DNA of 64,000 bases, taken from positions 987 through 64,986 of the forward strand of contig MHOO01000003.1 of the NCBI GenBank assembly GCA_001820095.1, read 5' to 3'. Below are positions 27,533 through 37,291 of this stretch, one piece after another (positions within the stretch are counted from its first letter, which is position 1; each line of letters starts with the position of its first letter). The position numbers and the translations under genes were made by a program. The notes beneath the pieces are model-generated. The model was not told the DNA's origin. It ran no database searches and saw only the letters and a list, made by a program, of their open reading frames with translations. Origin of the DNA: Candidatus Staskawiczbacteria bacterium RIFCSPHIGHO2_01_FULL_39_25. GTDB taxonomy: Bacteria > Patescibacteriota > Minisyncoccia > Minisyncoccales > Staskawiczbacteraceae.

Positions 27533-27606
27533 TCGAATTTTCAATTTTCAATTTACAATTTTCAATGAGTAGGTGTCAAAATTTCAACAAAGTGAAATTT
27601 TGACAG
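27533..27606. repeat. Family E element (AATTTTC units plus gtcaaaatttc/gaaattttgac hairpin), copy 2, + orientation
   Basis: tcgaattttcaattttcaatttacaattttcaatgagtaggtgtcaaaatttcaacaaagtgaaattttgacag. Confidence 0.85.
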
Positions 27607-27664
27607 ATTTTATTATTTCAAATTAGATCAATTCAAATTGATTTCAAATTTCAAATTAGATATT
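27607..27664. repeat. Family F element (ATTTGAA/TTCAAAT units), copy 1
   Basis: atttcaaattagatcaattcaaattgatttcaaatttcaaattag. Confidence 0.75.
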
Positions 27665-28117
27665 ATGGGGAAAAAACATATCATAGAAACAAATCAAGAG
27701 GACCTTATTAAGGAAAAAGATAAAGTTGATGCAACTCTGAAAAAAGACGTTCGGGTTAAGAGCGCCGACCGCGTTACCGAAGGCAGGGTATATGTATCGT
27801 CTTCTTATAATAACACCATTATTACCCTTACCAATGCCAAGGGGCAGGTTTTATCTAGCAAATCAGCGGGAGCCGTAGGTTTTAAGGGAACTAAGAAAGC
27901 CACTTCCTTTGCTGCTTCCCGTGTGGCAGAAGCCATTGCTAATGTGTCTAAAAAACTAGCCGTAGAAAGAATTGAAGTTTTCATTAAAGGTATAGGGGCG
28001 GGAAGAGAATCAGCGGTAAGGACCTTGGTTAACCAAGGATTAAATGTAGTTTCTATAAAAGATGTTACGCCCATCCCTCATAATGGGGGAAGGCCAAGAA
28101 AAATAAGAAGGGTATAA
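27665..28117 (+). CDS. rpsK: 30S ribosomal protein S11 (with N-terminal extension)
   Basis: GRVYVSSSYNNTIITLTNAKGQVLS...TPIPHNGGRPRKIRR. Confidence 0.95.
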   Translation: MGKKHIIETNQEDLIKEKDKVDATLKKDVRVKSADRVTEGRVYVSSSYNNTIITLTNAKGQVLSSKSAGAVGFKGTKKATSFAASRVAEAIANVSKKLAVERIEVFIKGIGAGRESAVRTLVNQGLNVVSIKDVTPIPHNGGRPRKIRRV

Positions 28118-28122
28118 ATTAT

Positions 28123-28725
28123 ATGGCAGAATTTAAACCATTATCACCAAAATCACCATCCAATGCAAATGATCCTTTTGCCAGTAAGCCTTCATTTGGC
28201 GGTGGACCAGGCGGAAAAAAGAAAAGAACCAAAGCTGCTTCTGAATATAAAAAATCGCTCCAGGAAAAACAGGCTTTAAAACACCTGTATGGCTTATCAG
28301 AGAGGCAGTTTAAACGGTATGTCAAAGAATCGTTAGAGAAAATGCAGAGGGTAGAAAATGTATCCGATGAGCTTATTAAAGCTTTAGAAAAGAGATTAGA
28401 TAACGTGATATTCAGGTTGGGTTTTGCAAAAACCAGAAGCCAATCCCGCCAGCTGGTTAACCATGCTTACTTTTTGGTAAATGGAAAATCGGTGAACATC
28501 CCTTCATTCCAAGTCAAAAAAGGGGATGTGGTAACCATTAAAGAAACAAAAAAGAAAAAAGAAGTTTTCAAAGATTTAGCAGTTAACGTAAAAAAAATGG
28601 AAGCTCCGGTTTGGCTAGATCTTAATAAAAGTACCTTTGAAGCAAAGACTATCGGAGAGCCAAGTTTGGCAGAAGTTAATCCGCCAGTGGAAATATCATT
28701 GGTATTTGAGTTCTATTCACGCTAA
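28123..28725 (+). CDS. rpsD: 30S ribosomal protein S4
   Basis: YGLSERQFKRY...RLDNVIFRLGFAKTRSQSRQLVNHAYFLVNGK. Confidence 0.95.
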   Translation: MAEFKPLSPKSPSNANDPFASKPSFGGGPGGKKKRTKAASEYKKSLQEKQALKHLYGLSERQFKRYVKESLEKMQRVENVSDELIKALEKRLDNVIFRLGFAKTRSQSRQLVNHAYFLVNGKSVNIPSFQVKKGDVVTIKETKKKKEVFKDLAVNVKKMEAPVWLDLNKSTFEAKTIGEPSLAEVNPPVEISLVFEFYSR

Positions 28726-28833
28726 TTCAATGAATTAGCGTGCGAAATTTTAATTGATTGTAATAATGAACAATAAGCAGTGGCCAATGAAATTTATTTC
28801 TGTTCACTGTTTACTGTTCATAAATAAAATTAT
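28726..28833. repeat. Imperfect hairpin (rpsD-rpoA spacer)
   Basis: aatgaacaataagcagtg opposed to cactgtttactgttcat. Confidence 0.6.
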
Positions 28834-29760
28834 ATGATTTCATTTCCATTACCGCCTAAGGTTATTAAAAAAGATGATAACCAGGCCATTTTTGAAATCC
28901 ATGGGCTGTATCCTGGCTACGGGGTAACTATTGGAAATACGTTGCGAAGGGTGTTACTGTCTTCGTTGGAAGGCGTTGCGGTTACCGAAGTAAAAATCAA
29001 AGGTGTTCCCCATGAGTTTTCCACCATACCCGGAGTTTTGGAAGACACCATTATGATTATTTTAAACCTGAAAAATTTGAGGTTTAAAATCCATGAAGGA
29101 AATTCGCAGAAAGTTGAACTGAAGGTGAGCGGAGAGAAAAAGGTTAAAGGGTCTGATTTCAAGATGTTTCCCCAAATAGAGCTTGCCAATCCTGACCTTC
29201 ATTTAGCTACCATTACTGATAAAAAAACCGAGCTTAATATAGAAATTACCATAGAAAAAGGAATCGGTTATGAACCTAAAGATTACCGGAAAATAAAGAA
29301 ATCAGAAATAGGTTCTATTGCTTTGGATGCTATTTTTACCCCTATTAAAAATGTAAATTTTCATGTTGAAAATATGCGCGTAGGGGAAAGGACTGACTTT
29401 GATAAGTTATCCCTTGAAATCCAAACCGATGGAACTATTACCCCCGAAGAAGCCTTTTATCGGGCATGTGAAATAATACTGAAGCACTTCAATATTATTA
29501 TTGAAGGCAAAACAGCAGAATTACCCAAGGCAGATAAAGAAAGCTCTGGTGGCGATGTTGTCATTACCGCCATTGAAGATTTGAAACTATCAACCAGAAC
29601 TGAAAATGCCTTGCTGGAGAACAGCGTTAAAACTATTGCCGGATTGGTAAAGAAATCTGAAAAATCATTGGCTGAATTAGAAGGAATGGGAGACAAGGCA
29701 ATATCAGAAATCAAGAAAAAATTAAAAAAATTGGGGCTTTCATTAAAGTCTGAAGAGTAA
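28834..29760 (+). CDS. rpoA: DNA-directed RNA polymerase alpha subunit
   Basis: GYGVTIGNTLRRVLLSSLEG...IEDLKLSTRTENALLENSVKTIAGL. Confidence 0.96.
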   Translation: MISFPLPPKVIKKDDNQAIFEIHGLYPGYGVTIGNTLRRVLLSSLEGVAVTEVKIKGVPHEFSTIPGVLEDTIMIILNLKNLRFKIHEGNSQKVELKVSGEKKVKGSDFKMFPQIELANPDLHLATITDKKTELNIEITIEKGIGYEPKDYRKIKKSEIGSIALDAIFTPIKNVNFHVENMRVGERTDFDKLSLEIQTDGTITPEEAFYRACEIILKHFNIIIEGKTAELPKADKESSGGDVVITAIEDLKLSTRTENALLENSVKTIAGLVKKSEKSLAELEGMGDKAISEIKKKLKKLGLSLKSEE

Positions 29761-29766
29761 CATTCT

Positions 29767-30117
29767 ATGCGAAAAAGAAATAAAGGCAGAATATTATCAC
29801 GTCTAAAGAACCAGAGAATAGCGTTGTTAAAATCACTAGCGACGAGCCTTTTTTTGCACGGGAAAATAACTACCACCGAAGCCAAGGCTAAAGAGCTTAG
29901 GAAGGTAGCCGAAAAGTTTATTACAAGAGCCCGGGTTAATTCTGTAGCAAATAGGAGGGTATTATCACAGACCATAACTCCCAGTGTAGTAAAAAAACTG
30001 GTTGATGAAATAGCTCCGAATTACGTCCAACGCCAGGGAGGATATACCAGGATTATAAAAATTGGCCCCCGCAAATCAGATGGGGCGAATATGGTTATCA
30101 TTGAACTGGTAAAATAA
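29767..30117 (+). CDS. rplQ: 50S ribosomal protein L17
   Basis: GRILSRLKNQRIALLKSLATSLFLHGKITTTEAKAKELR. Confidence 0.95.
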   Translation: MRKRNKGRILSRLKNQRIALLKSLATSLFLHGKITTTEAKAKELRKVAEKFITRARVNSVANRRVLSQTITPSVVKKLVDEIAPNYVQRQGGYTRIIKIGPRKSDGANMVIIELVK

Positions 30118-30131
30118 TAATCGCTTATCAT

Positions 30132-30494
30132 ATGGAAATAATAAAAAGAGAAAATCATACTATTGATGCAACTGATAAAGTATTGGGCCGGTTAGCCACC
30201 CAAGTTTCCGTTTTGTTGCGAGGGAAAAATAAGGCGGGGTTTGCTCCTTATAAAGATATTGGGGATTTTGTTACCATAAAGCATGTTGATAAATTAAAGT
30301 TCACTGGGAAAAAATTTGATAATAAAATATATTACCATCACTCGTTGTATCTGGGAGGGTTAAAAAAGGCCACTATGAAAGAGCTTTCCATTAAAAAGGG
30401 CCATTCGGAAATATTCAGAAAAGCGGTCATGGGAATGCTGACCAAGAATAAATTGAGGGCCAGGCAAATTAAACGGTTAATATTTGAAAAGTAA
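30132..30494 (+). CDS. rplM: 50S ribosomal protein L13
   Basis: IDATDKVLGRLATQVSVLLRGKNK...YYHHSLYLGGLK. Confidence 0.93.
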   Translation: MEIIKRENHTIDATDKVLGRLATQVSVLLRGKNKAGFAPYKDIGDFVTIKHVDKLKFTGKKFDNKIYYHHSLYLGGLKKATMKELSIKKGHSEIFRKAVMGMLTKNKLRARQIKRLIFEK

Positions 30495-30514
30495 CATTAT
30501 TACAAGCATATACT

Positions 30515-31048
30515 ATGCCAAGAACTAAAAAAACAACTCCAATAGAAAAAGAAATTGAAGCTCCCAAAGAAGCGGTAATGCCGGTTATTTCCGAAGAACA
30601 GGCAGAAAATGGGATGCCCGAAGATTTTCCCATAGAAAAAGAGCTGGCATCAAAGCCAGACCGCTATTTTGAAGCAGTAGGAAGAAGAAAGACTGCCGTA
30701 GCCCGCGTACGTCTTTTTACCAGGGGAGAAAAGCAGTTTTTGATTAACGGAAAACCTTACCAGACGTATTTTACTCTTGAGGAGGACCAGCAAAAATCTA
30801 CCGCTTCTATGAGAAAAATGAAATGCTTGGATAAATTTAAAGTAACTGTCGTGGTAAAAGGTGGAGGGCACAGCGCCCAAGCAGAGGCAGTAAGGCATGG
30901 CACTGCTAGGGTGTTAGTTGATTTTAATAATAATTTTAAGAAACGCTTAAGGAAGGTAGGATATTTAACCCGAGACCCCAGAATGCGAGAGCGAAAAAAG
31001 TTTGGATTAAAACGTGCTAGAAAAGCCCCTCAGTGGGCGAAGAGGTAA
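30515..31048 (+). CDS. rpsI: 30S ribosomal protein S9 (with N-terminal extension)
   Basis: GRRKTAVARVRL...GGGHSAQAEAVRHGTARVL...RDPRMRERKKFGLKRARKAPQWAKR. Confidence 0.93.
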   Translation: MPRTKKTTPIEKEIEAPKEAVMPVISEEQAENGMPEDFPIEKELASKPDRYFEAVGRRKTAVARVRLFTRGEKQFLINGKPYQTYFTLEEDQQKSTASMRKMKCLDKFKVTVVVKGGGHSAQAEAVRHGTARVLVDFNNNFKKRLRKVGYLTRDPRMRERKKFGLKRARKAPQWAKR

Positions 31049-31083
31049 GGGAGGACGTTTGAAACAGTTTACTATTTCTAAAC

Positions 31084-31110
31084 AAAAAGCCACATCATGT
31101 GGCTTTTTGT
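31084..31110. terminator. Bidirectional terminator between convergent rpsI and the PEGA-domain gene
   Basis: aaaaagccac-atcat-gtggcttttt. Confidence 0.75.
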
Positions 31111-31111
31111 T

Positions 31112-32500
31112 TTAGGGAATCAATCTTTCAGAAGCCAGCATATTTTTCTTAGTTAACAAATAGAGCTGCTTATCTGCCTGGCTAAAATATATTTTGAGTG
31201 GATTATTAGTGTTATTTCTCTCAATTTCTATAGTCTTATCATCTCCCAAAGACAGTTTTTCAGGTAATACAACGGTATTAATGTTGCCCCGGGTGTCAGT
31301 TTCAGAAATAGCTACTTTGTCTCCAAGGTTGAAAATTAGGTACTCATTGTTAAGCCAATAGCAATTGCTGATTTTTTCTGAAAATCTGTTTAATAGCATT
31401 TTTTCTGCTGTGGTTGATGGTATGGAAGAAAATAAGATTTCATGGTCGTTGCAGTAAAGTATTTTCTGCCCATCAGGGGAAATTTTAAAGTCTTTTACGG
31501 AACTATAAAAACTTTCCACTATTTTTAAGCTTGGGTTTACCCATAAGAGAAGCTCGTCTTCCTGTAAAAATACTATTCCTGAAATAATTTTTATCTTATA
31601 AGCGCCATTCTTTTTGATATTCAACGGTTGGAGGTTTATTTTACTCTGCAGATTGCCGGCAACATTAGAAGCATACATAAACCCATCATACGAAAACCAG
31701 GTAATAGTTTGGTTTGCTAATTGATAAACAATAACATTTTTCAAGACCGGCAGGCTTTTCTTGCTTGAATAAAGGTTTTTATCTTTAACGAAGAATATTT
31801 CTTGGTTATCCTGGGGGTTGAAAGAAATTTCTTTTGCATTGGTTAATAGGGGGATAACAGTAATGCTAAATTTCGGTAAAATAAGTTTTATGAGAAAATA
31901 ACTGCCTGAAATGTTTATTAGAGCCCGGCTTGAGTCGCCAGACCACTGCAAATCTAAAACTTGTGGCGCTGTGGTGGGCAAATTTATGCCTGCCAACAAA
32001 GACAGGTTTTGCGCCTGCTGGGTTTTAAGGTTGATAATTTTAAAGTCAACTTTCTTATCTGATATAGCCGCCAGCAATAGGTTATTTTCATTAGGCGACA
32101 GGGAAAAGTAATCAACATTGTTATCTAGCAGTTTAAATGTATTATTCTGTTTTATCAAAATGACGTGTTCTAATTTTGTTACCTCATTTTCTTTTACCGC
32201 CAGGTTTTTCTGGTAATCATAGTAACCTTCTTTCTTTATCGCCACCGAATGGGTCTTTGCCGAAAGGTTTTGCACAAACGCAGAATTTGATAGGATGCCG
32301 GTTTTTGTTTTTATTTTAGAGTCAATAATTACCTCGGCTGATGAGGGCAAGGCTTTCACATAAATTCCGCCCGTAGCCACGATTTTTCTTTTTTCAAAAT
32401 CAATCCTATACCCAAGAGAATAAAGCACAATGTAGGGGGTTATAATAAAAAACAGCGCCGCGCAAATTAGCAGTATGATTAGTCTTGTCTTTTTTGTCAT
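31112..32500 (-). CDS. Membrane-anchored protein with a PEGA-like domain and a repeat-rich (beta-propeller-like) region
   Basis: N-terminal TM helix, then SSAEVIIDSK...HSVAIKKEGYYDYQKNLAV (PEGA-type motif). Confidence 0.65.
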   Translation of the reverse strand: MTKKTRLIILLICAALFFIITPYIVLYSLGYRIDFEKRKIVATGGIYVKALPSSAEVIIDSKIKTKTGILSNSAFVQNLSAKTHSVAIKKEGYYDYQKNLAVKENEVTKLEHVILIKQNNTFKLLDNNVDYFSLSPNENNLLLAAISDKKVDFKIINLKTQQAQNLSLLAGINLPTTAPQVLDLQWSGDSSRALINISGSYFLIKLILPKFSITVIPLLTNAKEISFNPQDNQEIFFVKDKNLYSSKKSLPVLKNVIVYQLANQTITWFSYDGFMYASNVAGNLQSKINLQPLNIKKNGAYKIKIISGIVFLQEDELLLWVNPSLKIVESFYSSVKDFKISPDGQKILYCNDHEILFSSIPSTTAEKMLLNRFSEKISNCYWLNNEYLIFNLGDKVAISETDTRGNINTVVLPEKLSLGDDKTIEIERNNTNNPLKIYFSQADKQLYLLTKKNMLASERLIP

Positions 32501-32537
32501 TGAATAATCCTACCAAAAATAGAGCTTAAATTCACTA

Positions 32538-32566
32538 TTGACATACAGATGTATGGGTGATATAAT
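32538..32566 (+). promoter_or_regulatory. Consensus sigma70 promoter with extended -10
   Basis: TTGACA (32538-32543), 17-nt spacer ending TGa, TATAAT (32561-32566). Confidence 0.65.
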
Positions 32567-32596
32567 TAAAGATAGTACCTTACTTTAGCTGAAAGG

Positions 32597-32806
32597 ATGC
32601 CTTCTATGTGGTGGTACGTCTATCATCGGCCATCGGTGCAGAATGGTATGGATGCAAGAATAAGAGAGATTGTACAAGCAAGAACCGCAAAAGAAGCGGG
32701 TGAAAAATTAAGAGAAATTGCAAAAAGAGATGGCAAGGTATTCTGTGCTACATTGCATGGTCCTTACCATAGCATGGAAGAGGCCCAAACCGTGCACAAG
32801 TTGTAA
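32597..32806 (+). CDS. Small hypothetical protein (69 aa) with its own consensus promoter and terminator
   Basis: ORF preceded by gaaagga and flanked by the promoter at 32538 and the terminator at 32816; no recognisable motif. Confidence 0.5.
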   Translation: MPSMWWYVYHRPSVQNGMDARIREIVQARTAKEAGEKLREIAKRDGKVFCATLHGPYHSMEEAQTVHKL

Positions 32807-32815
32807 ATAAAAAAG

Positions 32816-32847
32816 CCTGGTTCTTCATTGAATCAGGTTATTTTTTT
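32816..32847 (+). terminator. Rho-independent terminator
   Basis: cctggtt-cttcattg-aatcagg followed by ttattttttt. Confidence 0.6.
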
Positions 32848-32900
32848 GCAAATTTTTTTGGGTTGACAGCAAAATAAAAAAAGCATAATATAAGCCTACT

Positions 32901-34220
32901 ATGGAACCGGAAATTAAAATCACCAAAGAGTTGCAGGTGGTAACTCTGAAAACAAAAACCGCGGATAAATTCATTATCAGCGGCAATAAAGAATTGGCAG
33001 GAGAGATTGAAGTACGCGGATCTAAAAACGCGGCAGGCCCTGCGCTTGTTGCTTGTTTGCTTACCCAAGAAGAGTGCATCATTGATAACCTGCCTCTTAT
33101 TGAAGATATTTCCATTACCCTTGAAATTTTAAAGGATTTAGGGGCAGAGGTAGAATTTTTGTCGGAGAGAAAAGTAAGAATTAAATGCCAGGACATTAAT
33201 CCTGAAAAAATGGATTTTGTAAAATTTGCAAAGACCAGGATTTCAGTATTATTTTTAGGTCCCTTGTTTGCCCGGTTTAATCAATTTAAATTTCCTTCTC
33301 CCGGCGGAGATAAAATAGGATTGCGGCCGATTACCGTACAACTGAACGCATTAAGAAAACTGGGCGCGCGAATTGAAAAAGAGGGGGAAGCCTATTCGGT
33401 TGAGCGCAACGGGGTTACCGGGAAGGAAATTGTACTGCAGGAATTTTCAGTAACCGCTACCGAAATTATCATGATGGCTTCAGTTTTTGCACAAGGAAAA
33501 ACGGTCATTAAGGGGGCTGCTACCGAGCCACATGTGGAAGATTTGGGAAACATTCTTTTGAAAATGGGGGCGAACATAAAAGGCCACGGTACTCATACTA
33601 TTGAAATTGAGGGTGTTGTATCGCTTCATGGATATGAACATTCGGTGATTGCCGACTACTTAGAGGCGGGAACATTCATGGTGATAGCGGCACTAACTCC
33701 GGGAAGAGTGAAAGTAAAAAACGTTGATTTTAGCCACTTGGATTTATTCTTGTCCAAGCTTGAAGAAATGGGGGTTAACTTTGACAAGGGAGAAAACTCG
33801 GTAACCGTTTTTTATTCCCCGTTTATAAAGCCGGTAAAAGTGCAGGTGCTGCCTCATCCTGGCATTGCTACTGATCTATTGCCTATAATGGTTCCTTTGT
33901 TAACCCGCGCGCAGGGCAAAAGCGTTATCCATGACCCTTTATACGGGGGCAGGTTTGGCTATGTTGATGAGTTAAGAAAAATGGGGGCCGATATAGAAAT
34001 TGTTGACCCGCACCGGTCTTTTGTATTCGGGCCTAACATCTTGAGGGGAATAACCATTGAATCTTCAGACATCAGGGCGGGAGCCGGATTGATTATTGCA
34101 GCCTTGATGGCGGAAGGAAAAACCACGATTAATAATATCTTTCAAATTGACCGCGGATATGAGAGAATAGAAGAACGATTGCAGAAGCTGGGAGCAGACA
34201 TCAGGCGAATTTCAAACTAG
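32901..34220 (+). CDS. murA: UDP-N-acetylglucosamine 1-carboxyvinyltransferase
   Basis: IEVRGSKNAAGPALVACLL...CIIDNLP...DIRAGAGLIIAAL. Confidence 0.95.
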   Translation: MEPEIKITKELQVVTLKTKTADKFIISGNKELAGEIEVRGSKNAAGPALVACLLTQEECIIDNLPLIEDISITLEILKDLGAEVEFLSERKVRIKCQDINPEKMDFVKFAKTRISVLFLGPLFARFNQFKFPSPGGDKIGLRPITVQLNALRKLGARIEKEGEAYSVERNGVTGKEIVLQEFSVTATEIIMMASVFAQGKTVIKGAATEPHVEDLGNILLKMGANIKGHGTHTIEIEGVVSLHGYEHSVIADYLEAGTFMVIAALTPGRVKVKNVDFSHLDLFLSKLEEMGVNFDKGENSVTVFYSPFIKPVKVQVLPHPGIATDLLPIMVPLLTRAQGKSVIHDPLYGGRFGYVDELRKMGADIEIVDPHRSFVFGPNILRGITIESSDIRAGAGLIIAALMAEGKTTINNIFQIDRGYERIEERLQKLGADIRRISN

Positions 34221-34255
34221 CTTGAAATTCGCCCCAATTTAAAATAATATAAATC

Positions 34256-34368
34256 GTCAAAATTTTCCTAGGTCGGGATTTTCCGCTAAAGCGGATAAAT
34301 CTCGCGACCCTATTGTGAAAATTTTGACACCTACTCATTGAAAATTGAAAATTGTAAATTGAAAATTC
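34256..34368. repeat. Family E element, copy 3, inverted relative to copies 2 and 4, with an enlarged hairpin loop
   Basis: The reverse complement reads cgaattttcaatttacaattttcaattttcaatgagtaggtgtcaaaatttt..., matching 27535-27583. Confidence 0.85.
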
Positions 34369-34374
34369 GTTGAT

Positions 34375-35382
34375 ATGTTTAACAATAAAATAGCTATTGA
34401 CCTTGGAACTTGCAACTCCTTAGTATACTTGCGTGGCAAGGGAGTAGTATTAAGCGAACCTTCTGTGGTGGCAATTTCCTTGTCTGATAATAGGATTCTG
34501 GCGGTAGGGGAAGCAGCAAAAGAAATGATAGGCCGGACTCCGGCTGATATTAAGGTATACCGGCCACTTAAAGACGGCGTCATTGCTGATTACAAAGTAA
34601 CTCAGGCAATGATGCGCCATTTCATTGCCAAGGCAACTCCTAACTTTAACTTTTTTAAGCCTGAACTGGTTATTTCGGTTCCTGCCGGCATTACCAGCAC
34701 CGAGAGGAGAGCGGTCATTGAAGCAGCTCTTTCGGCAGGGGCCAGGCAGGCATTTGTAGCCAAAGAGCCAATTTTAGCAGCCATTGGAGCAGGCATACCG
34801 ATTAACTCGTGCTCCGGCCATATGATTATTGATATTGGAGGGGGAACCTCTGAAGTGGCAGTCATTTCTTTGGGCGGTATTGTGACGGCCCATTCGGTAC
34901 GGGTAGCAGGGGATAAAATAGATCTTGCCATTACCGACTACATAAAAAAGAAATACAATTTAGCCATTGGCACCCAATCGGCAGAAGAAATAAAAATAAA
35001 GGTGGGGACAGCGCTCCCGCAGAAAGAACCCAGGTTTATGGAAATCCAGGGACGCGACTTGATTTTAGGTTTGCCAAGAAATATTAAAATATCAAATAAT
35101 GAGGTGTGCGAAGCAATTTCCGATGTATTGGCTGAAATTATCCAGGCGGCGAAACAGGTCTTATCTGAAACTCCGCCAGAGCTTTCCGCTGATATTATGA
35201 ATAAGGGAATTATTATGGCTGGCGGAGGATCATTGCTTCCTAAAATAAATGAGTTAGTTGCTCAAAGCACCGGGGTCCCCTGTTTTATTGCTGAAGAACC
35301 CTTGTTTTGCGTTATCAAGGGCACCGGCACAGTTTTAGAGCATTTAGAGGAATATAAAAAAGTGGTAATGTCAAAAAAATAG
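34375..35382 (+). CDS. mreB: Rod shape-determining protein MreB (paralog 1)
   Basis: IAIDLGTCNSLVY...IIDIGGGTSEVAVISLGGIV...MAGGGSLL. Confidence 0.95.
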   Translation: MFNNKIAIDLGTCNSLVYLRGKGVVLSEPSVVAISLSDNRILAVGEAAKEMIGRTPADIKVYRPLKDGVIADYKVTQAMMRHFIAKATPNFNFFKPELVISVPAGITSTERRAVIEAALSAGARQAFVAKEPILAAIGAGIPINSCSGHMIIDIGGGTSEVAVISLGGIVTAHSVRVAGDKIDLAITDYIKKKYNLAIGTQSAEEIKIKVGTALPQKEPRFMEIQGRDLILGLPRNIKISNNEVCEAISDVLAEIIQAAKQVLSETPPELSADIMNKGIIMAGGGSLLPKINELVAQSTGVPCFIAEEPLFCVIKGTGTVLEHLEEYKKVVMSKK

Positions 35383-35384
35383 AA

Positions 35385-35500
35385 TCTTGAATTTAGTATC
35401 TTGAAGCTTGAATTGAATTTTGAATTTGGAATGTGATGTTTTACATTCAGTATTCTCTTATTCTATTCTAGATTCAAGATACCAGATTCTAGATTCATAG
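35385..35500. repeat. MITE-like palindromic element, family B, copy 8, inverted relative to copies 4 and 9
   Basis: Its reverse complement (tgaatctagaatctggtatcttgaatctagaatagaat...caagatactaaattcaagattc) aligns with 11279-11392. Confidence 0.85.
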
Positions 35501-35504
35501 TGCT

Positions 35505-36458
35505 GTGCACCAAAAACAGTGGGAATTTTTAAAAAATAAATTTGATAACGACCAGCTTTCCCATGCTTATATCTTTGAAGGCCCCGACCAATTAGGCAAG
35601 CAATTTTTAGCTAAGGAATTTATAAAATATATCCACTGCATCGATTCGCTAAAACCCTGCCAAAATTGCGTTAACTGCAAGCTTATAGAAAAGGAAAATT
35701 TTCCGGATTTATTAGTGGTAAGGTCTAATGCCAGCACTACTTCCCTGAAAGAGCAGGTTGATAACATGGAAATTGATATTTCACAGATAAGGAGCGCGCA
35801 GAATTTTTTAAGCTATAAATCGTACTATGGTTCTTTTAAATCAATGATCATAGATAATGCTGATCGGATGAATGTAGAAGCCCAAAGCTGTTTTTTAAAG
35901 CAGCTTGAGGAGCCAAAGGGCAAAACCATCATGATATTGGTTACCGCAAAGCCGCAGATGCTTTTGCCTACCATTTTTTCACGATGCCAAGCTGTTAAGT
36001 TTTTTTTGGCAAGCGCCGGCGAAATTAAAAAATATTTAGAAAGCAAAAATGTTACGGAAAAAAAAGCAGAATACTTAGCGGAATTGAGCGAGGGAAAGCC
36101 AGGAAGGGCGCTGCAATTTTTGGAAAACTCCGCAGCATTAGAGCACGAGCAAAAAACTCTTCAAGATTTATTGCAGGTTATCAATTCAGATTTGGCAACT
36201 AAGTTCCAGTACGTAAAAAAGTTAAACTTGGAAGAAGGCGGCTTTAACCGCATCATGGAAATCTTGCAGCGATATTTCAGGTATTTGCTCTTGCAAAAAA
36301 ACGGTATTCTTTTAAAAAACCCTGCAGTAGAGACTAAAGCATTTACCATGGGGCAGATTAAGAAAATTATTACGCTGATTGAGGACCTTATCCTTCAGGC
36401 ATCGGTTACCAATACCAGCCCCAAGTTGGCGCTGGAAATACTATTAATGGAAATATAA
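35505..36458 (+). CDS. holB: DNA polymerase III delta-prime subunit
   Basis: LSHAYIFEGPDQLGK...CQNCVNC...SRCQAVKF. Confidence 0.8.
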   Translation: MHQKQWEFLKNKFDNDQLSHAYIFEGPDQLGKQFLAKEFIKYIHCIDSLKPCQNCVNCKLIEKENFPDLLVVRSNASTTSLKEQVDNMEIDISQIRSAQNFLSYKSYYGSFKSMIIDNADRMNVEAQSCFLKQLEEPKGKTIMILVTAKPQMLLPTIFSRCQAVKFFLASAGEIKKYLESKNVTEKKAEYLAELSEGKPGRALQFLENSAALEHEQKTLQDLLQVINSDLATKFQYVKKLNLEEGGFNRIMEILQRYFRYLLLQKNGILLKNPAVETKAFTMGQIKKIITLIEDLILQASVTNTSPKLALEILLMEI

Positions 36459-36537
36459 ATCACATAACCCATAACATAGAACGCGTAACAAAAAAAACGG
36501 CGTCGTAATTTGTTCCATGTTCCATGTTTCATGTTCC
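36459..36537. repeat. Heptamer array (GTTCCAT)n preceding frr
   Basis: tgttccatgttccatgtttcatgttccatg, with ATG every 7 nt; the ORF-track start 36517 lies inside it. Confidence 0.8.
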
Positions 36538-37095
36538 ATGAATTATAAGGAATTCATTGACAAAGTAAAACCGGAATTTGAAAAAGCCTTTAAGTTTTTA
36601 GAAGGCGAGATTGCCAAAATAAGGACGTCGCGGGCTTCTCCTGCCTTGGTTGAGGATATTCAGGTAAATTGTTTTGGCAATACCTTTGCGTTAAAGCAGT
36701 TGGCGGCTATTTCCTCTCCCCAGCCAAACCAAATTGCCATACAGCCATGGGATGTTTCTTATATTGAACCGATAGAAAAAGCTATTTTACAATCGGGGCT
36801 GGGCATGTCTTCGGCAGTTGATAAGAATATCATAAGGTTAAGCTTGCCATTGCTTACGGAAGAATATCGGCGTAGTTTAATCAAGGTGTTGAATGAAAAA
36901 TCTGAAGATGCGCGCCAAACCATGCGCCATTGGCGGGAAGATGCTTGGAATAAAATTCAAGCTGCCCAAAAAGAAAAGAAAGTTACCGAAGACGATAAAT
37001 TTAAAGCAAAAGATGAATTGCAGAAAATGATTGATGAATACGGCAAAAAGATCAAGGATCTGATTTCAAAAAAGGAAATGGATATAACTGGATAA
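36538..37095 (+). CDS. frr: Ribosome recycling factor
   Basis: EIAKIRTSRASPALVEDIQV...LSLPLLTEEYRRSL. Confidence 0.95.
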   Translation: MNYKEFIDKVKPEFEKAFKFLEGEIAKIRTSRASPALVEDIQVNCFGNTFALKQLAAISSPQPNQIAIQPWDVSYIEPIEKAILQSGLGMSSAVDKNIIRLSLPLLTEEYRRSLIKVLNEKSEDARQTMRHWREDAWNKIQAAQKEKKVTEDDKFKAKDELQKMIDEYGKKIKDLISKKEMDITG

Positions 37096-37104
37096 ATAAA
37101 AAAG

Positions 37105-37174
37105 TTCACCCGGTCAAATAATTTTTGCTTTTGCAAAAATTAAAATCCTAAGGGATTTTATTTGATCGGGTAAA
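37105..37174 (+). ncRNA. Three-helix structured element, family H, copy 2
   Basis: Outer stem acccggtcaaa/tttgatcgggt encloses atttttgc-tttt-gcaaaaat and aaaatcc-taa-gggatttt. Confidence 0.6.
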
Positions 37175-37212
37175 GAATTAATTGAGAGAAAAGAAAAAGA
37201 ATTATTATAACA

Positions 37213-37291
37213 ACAATTGACAATTAACCATTGACAATTGACAGGAGTAAGAACGCTCGGTCAAATGTCAAATGTCAAATGTCAAATGTCA
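37213..37291. repeat. Heptamer-array hairpin, family A, copy 9
   Basis: acaattgacaattaaccattgacaattgacagg...cggtcaaatgtcaaatgtcaaatgtcaaatgtca. Confidence 0.9.
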
